Shown here: positions 53,356-64,000 of the stretch, piece after piece | Numbering within the stretch: the first letter of the stretch is position 1 | How the letters are laid out: each line of letters begins with the position of its first letter | From: the human T2T-CHM13v2.0 reference genome, Homo sapiens | Direction of reading: 5' to 3' | Assembly (NCBI GenBank): GCA_009914755.4 | Contig: CP068257.2 | Span: 24,224,001 to 24,288,000 of the forward strand | Length of the DNA: 64,000 bases | Notes under the pieces: model-generated | Databases searched by the model: none | Told to the model about the DNA's origin: nothing | Seen by the model: the letters and a program-made list of their open reading frames with translations, nothing else | Translations under genes and position numbers: made by a program

Positions 53356-54372
53356 ATGGGGAAAAAACAGAACAGAAAAACTGGAAACTCTAAAACGCAG
53401 AGTGCCTCTCCTCCTCCAAAGGAACGCAGTTCCTCACCAGCAACGGAACAAAGCTGGATGGAGAATGATTTTGACGAGCTGAGAGAAGAAGGCTTCAGAC
53501 GATCAAATTACTCTGAGCTACGGGAGGACATTCAAACCAAAGGCAAAGAAGTTGAAAACTTTGAAAAAAATTTAGAAGAATGTATAACTAGAATAACCAA
53601 TACAGAGAAGTGCTTAAAGGAGCTGATGGAGCTGAAAACCAAGGCTCGAGAACTACGTGAAGAATGCAGAAGCCTCAGGAGCCGATGCGATCAACTGGAA
53701 GAAAGGGTATCAGCAATGGAAGATGAAATGAATGAAATGAAGCGAGAAGGGAAGTTTAGAGAAAAACGAATAAAAAGAAATGAGCAAAGCCTCCAAGAAA
53801 TATGGGACTATGTGAAAAGACCAAATCTACGTCTGATTGGTGTACCTGAAAGTGATGCGGAGAATGGAACCAAGTTGGAAAACACTCTGCAGGATATTAT
53901 CCAGGAGAACTTCCCCAATCTAGCAAGGCAGGCCAACGTTCAGATTCAGGAAATACAGAGAACGCCACAAAGATACTCCTCGAGAAGAGCAACTCCAAGA
54001 CACGTAATTGTCAGATTCACCAAAGTTGAAATGAAGGAAAAAATGTTAAGGGCAGCCAGAGAGAAAGGTCGGGTTACCCTCAAAGGGAAGCCCATCAGAC
54101 TAACAGCGGATCTCTCGGCAGAAACCCTACAAGCCAGAAGAGAGTGGGGGCCAATATTCAACATTCTTAAAGAAAAGAATTTTCAACCCAGAATTTCATA
54201 TCCAGCCAAACTAAGCTTCATAAGTGAAGGAGAAATAAAATACTTTACAGACAAGCAAATGCTGAGAGATTTTGTCACCACCAGGCCTGCCCTAAAAGAG
54301 CTCCTGAAGGAAGCACTAAACATGCAAAGGAACAACCGGTACCAGCCGCTGCAAAATCATGCCAAAATGTAA
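53356..54372 (+). CDS. L1 ORF1p (338 aa, intact): RNA-binding chaperone with coiled-coil, RRM and CTD
   Basis: ORF track 53356..54372 reads MGKKQNRKTGNSKTQSASPPPKERSSSPATEQSWMENDFDELREEGFRRSNYSELREDIQTKGKEVENFEKNLEECITRITNTEKCLKELMELKTKA...NNRYQPLQNHAKM. It is full length with no stops. Confidence 0.92.
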   Translation: MGKKQNRKTGNSKTQSASPPPKERSSSPATEQSWMENDFDELREEGFRRSNYSELREDIQTKGKEVENFEKNLEECITRITNTEKCLKELMELKTKARELREECRSLRSRCDQLEERVSAMEDEMNEMKREGKFREKRIKRNEQSLQEIWDYVKRPNLRLIGVPESDAENGTKLENTLQDIIQENFPNLARQANVQIQEIQRTPQRYSSRRATPRHVIVRFTKVEMKEKMLRAAREKGRVTLKGKPIRLTADLSAETLQARREWGPIFNILKEKNFQPRISYPAKLSFISEGEIKYFTDKQMLRDFVTTRPALKELLKEALNMQRNNRYQPLQNHAKM

Positions 54373-54411
54373 AGACCATCAAGACTAGGAAGAAACTGCA
54401 TCAACTAATGA

Positions 54412-58260
<3,849 letters not shown>

Positions 58261-58478
58261 ACAATGAGATCACATGGACACAGGAAGGGGAATATCACAC
58301 TCTGGGGACTGTGGTGGGGTGGGGGGAGGGGGGAGGGATAGCATTGGGAGATATACCTAATGCTAGATGACGAGTTAGTGGGTGCAGCGCACCAGCATGG
58401 CACATGTATACATATGTAACTAAGCTGCACAATGTGCACATGTACCCTAAAACTTAAAGTATAATAAAAAAAAAAAAA

Positions 58479-58520
58479 GATTTGAATTTGCAAATACAAA
58501 AAAAAAAAAAAAAAGAAAAA
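58479..58520 (+). other. Non-L1 19-bp segment (gatttgaatttgcaaatac, 58479-58497) plus second A-tract (58498-58520) between the L1 poly(A) and the target-site duplication
   Basis: The order read directly is L1 3'UTR, then A13, then 19 bp of unrelated sequence, then an A17-g-A11 tract, then the TSD copy. The layout resembles a short 3' transduction. Confidence 0.5.
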
Positions 58521-58536
58521 AAAAAAGGATGAGTTC
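58521..58536. repeat. Target-site duplication of young L1, 3' copy (aaaaaaggatgagttc)
   Basis: Matches 52432..52447. The 5' edge is ambiguous within the A run. Confidence 0.75.
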
Positions 58537-58882
58537 ATGTCCTTTGCAGGGACATGGATGAAGCTGGAAGCCATCATCCTCAGCAAACTAACATAGGAAC
58601 AGAAAACCAAACACTCATGTTCTCACTCATAAGTGGGAGCTGAACAATGAGAACACATGGACACAGGGAGGGGGACATCATACACCAGGGCCTGTCCAGG
58701 GGTGGGGTGAAAGGGGAGGGAGAGCATTAGGACAAATACCTAATGCATGCGGAGCTTAAAACCTAGATGACGGGTTGATGGGTGCAGCAAACCACCAAGG
58801 CACATGTATACCTATGTAACAAACCTGCATGCTCAGCACATGTATCCCAGAACTTAAAGTAAACAAAGAAAAAAAAAAAAAG
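58527..58882 (+). mobile_element. Older L1PA element, right part (end of ORF2, 3'UTR, poly(A))
   Basis: Continues exactly where the left part stops (...gatgagttcatgtcctttgcagggacatggatgaagctggaagcc...), then an L1PA-type 3'UTR (...gggtgcagcaaaccaccaaggcacatgtatacctatgtaacaaacctgcatgctcagcacatgtatcccagaacttaaagtaaac) and A13. It is followed by aaagctctgatttgga, matching the upstream flank. Confidence 0.8.
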
Positions 58883-59643
58883 CTCTGATTTGGACACCAG
58901 TGAGAATATGAAGTCCCTCGGCTTGCTGGATTTTCTTCTGTCTAGGATCGAACCTCCACTGCTATTACTATTTTTCTTCCTTTTTGATTCTTTTGGATCC
59001 CATGGAAAAATATTTATCTGCAACTTCTCCACAAAATGGAAATTTGTTTTTAATCTTATCTAACAGGAGATTCGCATATGACCAATTCTTATCTTTTAAA
59101 TAAAAATTTACTTATGTGCCTGCCTGAAAGGACTGAAGATCATACCTCTACGCTCTCTTCCATGTCCTTTCTTCTCTCTCCCCTGACACAGCTGCATTGG
59201 AAGTAGCTGTAAATGGGATGGACTAATTTTCCCTACCAAGAAGCCCCACTGTAAATCAGCGGTCACCCACTCCAGCTAGGCATTTTGCCCACACCAGGGC
59301 TATGAGATCAGATTTAATTTTCCAATCAGCAGTTCTGTGCATGTCTGATTCTTGGCTCAACATACAACTGCTATGCTGTTTATTATACTTCATCTCTCCA
59401 TGGCCTCTGAAACTCCCCAAGGCTCGGGTTCGTCATCCGCAAAATCGTGGGAGGCTGGTTCCATGGTTCTTGCAGTCCCTTCGCTTTGAATCCTTTTGTC
59501 TGTACTCTTGCTACATGGGTGTTCTCTGGGAGTTTGTTAGACATGCAGAACCTCAGGTCCCACCCAGATCCAGGGAATCAGAATCTGCATGTTAATGTGA
59601 TCCCCAGGTGACTCTCATGCATGTTACCATCTGAGAAGACCTA

Positions 59644-60267
<624 letters not shown>

Positions 60268-60840
60268 TCAGGAAACAGGTCAGTAAGTGTAGAGGGCATC
60301 ACAGGACAAACTTCATTGCTGGGTTTCCCAGAAAAGAGCAGCTCTCCCCTACTGAAGACACTTTTAGCAGACGGGCCTTCACTAGTGAGTAAATATACTA
60401 AAGAAGCATGGACTTACTTGTAGGTCGGTGGAGCAGCTGATTTGGGAGAGAACCCATGAGATCTTTAAGGACGGTAGGGATGTTCTGATTAGCATATATG
60501 CTACAGCCATCTGCGATGCCAAAGCCATACTGTGATGGGACTATGCCAGTTATGACACCTTCATAACCATGAGAACTGCACTCATGGCCTTTTCATACCC
60601 ATCTGCTGATTTGATAACCACAATAATCTTCCTTAGTGGGATCACTACTCCCACTGACAGTTGAACAAACTGACATCCATCCTGAGAAGTATACTTAAAA
60701 CTAGCAAGTGGCAGAACTGAAATCTGAACCCAAGTATCCCAATTCCTAATGCAACCTTCTCACTGTTCCATGAAAAGTTCCATTTTATAGAGGACATGGC
60801 TATATTACTTGGATTAGAAACTAATATTAAAGAAGCATAT

Positions 60841-61231
<391 letters not shown>

Positions 61232-62150
61232 TTAAAGCAGTAGTCCAAGGTCACGGAGATTCCTGATGGTGGAGCAGGGCTGAAAAGCTCCCTCTTCTAG
61301 CTAAGTGAGGCCTGCCTGTCACTTTGCTTGGACAGCCCATTCTCAATAGCACTTTCCTCCCAGAACACTCTCCCAAGTCTTTAGGTTTCCCTTTCTCAGG
61401 ATGAATACGATGGCTACGTGAATGGCCAGAAGGTTTCACCAACTCTAAGTCAAATTGTAGTGTAGCGACCTAGGCACTTCAATGGTCAAGAGAGATACAG
61501 CCCTGTATGACGCGGCCACATTTTCCAACTTGGGGAAGAATTTATACACATATTATCACAAAGTAAATGCTGTACCACAAATCCAGTTTTTATCTTGACC
61601 TCCAGAAAATTAGGTCAGTTATTTTTAGCTACACTATCAATCTTGAAAATCTCCCAGAGTTAAAACTCAGACTACATGTCTAAATCGGGGTTTATTTTTG
61701 TTTAAAAATAACAGTTTCCTGGCCACACATGTTTAAATGAAGCATGCTTTGTCCCCTTATGGTAACAAACTGTCCCTGGAAGGGACACAAACAAAGCTTC
61801 ACATCATTTGTGAAAATATTCCTTATTGCTAGGGACATTTTCCTGAAATATCACTTGTCTGGCTTAGACTGAGGGTACAGAAGAAGTCCCTTTTCCTTTA
61901 AAACACATTTCCTTTTGGCTTTCAAACATCATAGATCAAAGAACTTAGACCTACCAGTGGCATCAGTCAGTAATCAAGATAAAGACCAGCCAGGCTCCCT
62001 GGCATCTAAAAGCAGATTGTAGGGCTCCTTTTTCCCGTTTACCTGTAGAACTTGTGCCAATGTGCTGATCTGATTTCCAACTACATTAGGGAGTCTTGGT
62101 CCTGCCTGGGTTGTCAGGAACTTAAAGTAGAGACTAAAAAACAACTTTAT

Positions 62151-62472
<322 letters not shown>

Positions 62473-62518
62473 TTATATACTACAGAAATAATCTCTGAAA
62501 GATGCTGTATTAAGATTA

Positions 62519-62548
62519 CAACACACACACACAAACACACACACACAT
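62519..62548. repeat. (CA)n dinucleotide microsatellite (imperfect)
   Basis: acacacacacacaaacacacacacacat. Confidence 0.85.
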
Positions 62549-62843
62549 ATCTTCTTGTTTTGAGGAAACGTACAGTGAAGTATTTAGGTGTAAAGGGCCA
62601 TTATGTCTGCAACTTCCTTTAAAAATTTTTAAATATATTTTTAGAACTTTTCTAAGTCTCCAATTATACTAAAACAAAAAGTTTAGTACTGTAGGCATTG
62701 TCAGCTTTAATTTATACATATTTGGATGTCTTCCTCTGGTTCGATTTATAGTGAAATTACATCATATGCCCATTAATGTGATACAAACTGCATGTCTTCT
62801 ACAAACAAAAATAAAAATAGAAGTGAATGTAATTTTGATGCCT

Positions 62844-63108
62844 TTTTTTTTTTTTTAACTGGAGACAGAGTCTTGCTCTGTCACCAGGTTGGACTGCAGA
62901 GGCGTAATCTCGGCTCATGGCAACCTCGGCCTCCTGAGTAGCTGGGATTACAGGCGCGCATCACTACGCCCGGCTAGTTTTTGTATTTTTAGTAGAGACA
63001 GGGTTTCACCATGTTGGCCGGGATGGTCTCGATCTTCTAACCTTGTGATCCACCCGCCTCGGCCTCCCAAAGTGCTGGGATTACAGGCATGAGCCACTGC
63101 ACCCGGCC
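62844..63108 (-). mobile_element. Alu SINE with internal deletion
   Basis: T15 then aactggagacagagtcttgctctgtcaccaggttggactgcagaggcgtaatctcggctcatggcaacc...gagccactgcacccggcc. Confidence 0.85.
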
Positions 63109-64000
63109 TGATCCCTCATATCTTTTAAACATAAGTCAATTATTTCATATGGTCTTTAAGCCAAGAAACAGCTATCTCTTCACTCTTCACATGCTGGAGG
63201 AAAAACTGGCTGCCTGGCTGGTTGAGAGATGTGTACTTTGATGGCTGACCTGAAGACATTTCAAGGTGATTGTTACGTGAAATTCTCTCTTCAAATCTGA
63301 CTTGAAGAGTCTAACCTCTGCAGCATATGTTATGACTTCACTGTGAGTCTTCTTTTATTAATAAAATATAATGTTTTTACTAATTATAAGAGTAACATAA
63401 ATTTCATGCCAAAAATGTAGAAAAAAGGAATGAGAATTCATTTACAATTCTAACAGCAGAAATAATCAAGAGTAGTGGTTTTTTTTTAATGGTTTTATTC
63501 TTACAGCATTATTTTCGTCTCTTTATCACTTTACTATGCAATTTTTATGACTATGCTTAAGGAGAGTAAATTTTTCGAAGTTATTGAGGCAATGGAGAGT
63601 CTTTGGAATGAGGATAATTAGGCCTGAGGACACAGAGGAATCATGAGGAAGAATTCTCCAGTTTCATTCCTTTTTCTGGGTACAGTTTGTTTCTCCTTCT
63701 AAGTAAGTTCCTAGATATAGAATGAATTGGAAAAAATGAAACGTGAGGTTTGCTACGTCTATAACAGTATCACATTTCATTTTTTAAAACTGCCAATGCT
63801 TTCAGTGAGGACCAGAAAGTACAGTGAGAAAAAAAAATTCCTCAAATATTAGTTTTCATGCTCTTGCACGCATTTTTATAAAGGCAAAAGTCATTCTGGT
63901 GCCTGTATACAATCTAAAGGCATAATCTCCTGGAGCCTTCAGTGCTGGTTTTGGGGTTTTCTGGAGATCAATCCACAGTGTCCCATTTTTTCTGCTGGAG

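Noticed and set aside
58300-58345. G-rich tract ggggactgtggtggggtggggggaggggggagggatagc (possible G-quadruplex)
   Set aside because: This is the normal purine-rich motif of every L1 3'UTR and not a locus-specific signal.

Overview
This window is human genomic DNA from chromosome 21q21.3 and covers the 3' part of the amyloid precursor protein gene (APP), which lies on the minus strand here. Five APP coding exons can be placed to the base from the sequence: exon 14 (45823..46044), exon 15 (39103..39156), exon 16 (31650..31750), exon 17 (25799..25945) and exon 18 (CDS 15742..15843, followed by a ~1.1 kb 3'UTR down to ~14621). Splice sites are canonical, exon lengths are 222/54/101/147 nt, and there are two polyadenylation signals about 250 nt apart. 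Exons 16 and 17 encode the whole Aβ peptide and the secretase cleavage sites. All familial-Alzheimer codons I checked are wild-type. Positions 1..14600 are intergenic DNA downstream of APP.

Everything else is interspersed repeat:
- 33 Alu elements, many with recognisable target-site duplications.
- A Tigger1 DNA transposon in intron 16 (26977..29641) carrying a later Alu insertion.
- An ancient L1 at about 9.0–11.7 kb interrupted by two Alus.
- Several old MER-like fragments.
- Most conspicuously, in APP intron 13, a full-length 6.0 kb young L1 (L1HS/Ta-like, 52448..58478, plus strand, so antisense to APP). ORF1 is intact (338 aa). ORF2 is 1274 codons long but broken by two compensating indels in A-homopolymer runs. 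The element is nested precisely inside the 3' end of an older 5'-truncated L1PA copy and has a 16-bp target-site duplication. A 19-bp non-L1 segment sits between two A-tracts at its 3' end.

No prokaryotic-style or otherwise novel gene system is present, and no coding genes other than APP are supportable. The observations most worth a second look are:
- the nested near-competent L1 and its orientation relative to APP;
- a ~1.6 kb inverted (near-palindromic) local duplication downstream of APP (about 4.9–6.5 kb) that duplicated an Alu along with unique sequence;
- Alu insertion hotspots and inverted Alu pairs inside APP introns;
- a (CTG)6 tract just upstream of the exon 14 acceptor.

All coordinates come from manual reading and alignment to remembered consensus sequences, and repeat boundaries are ± a few bases.
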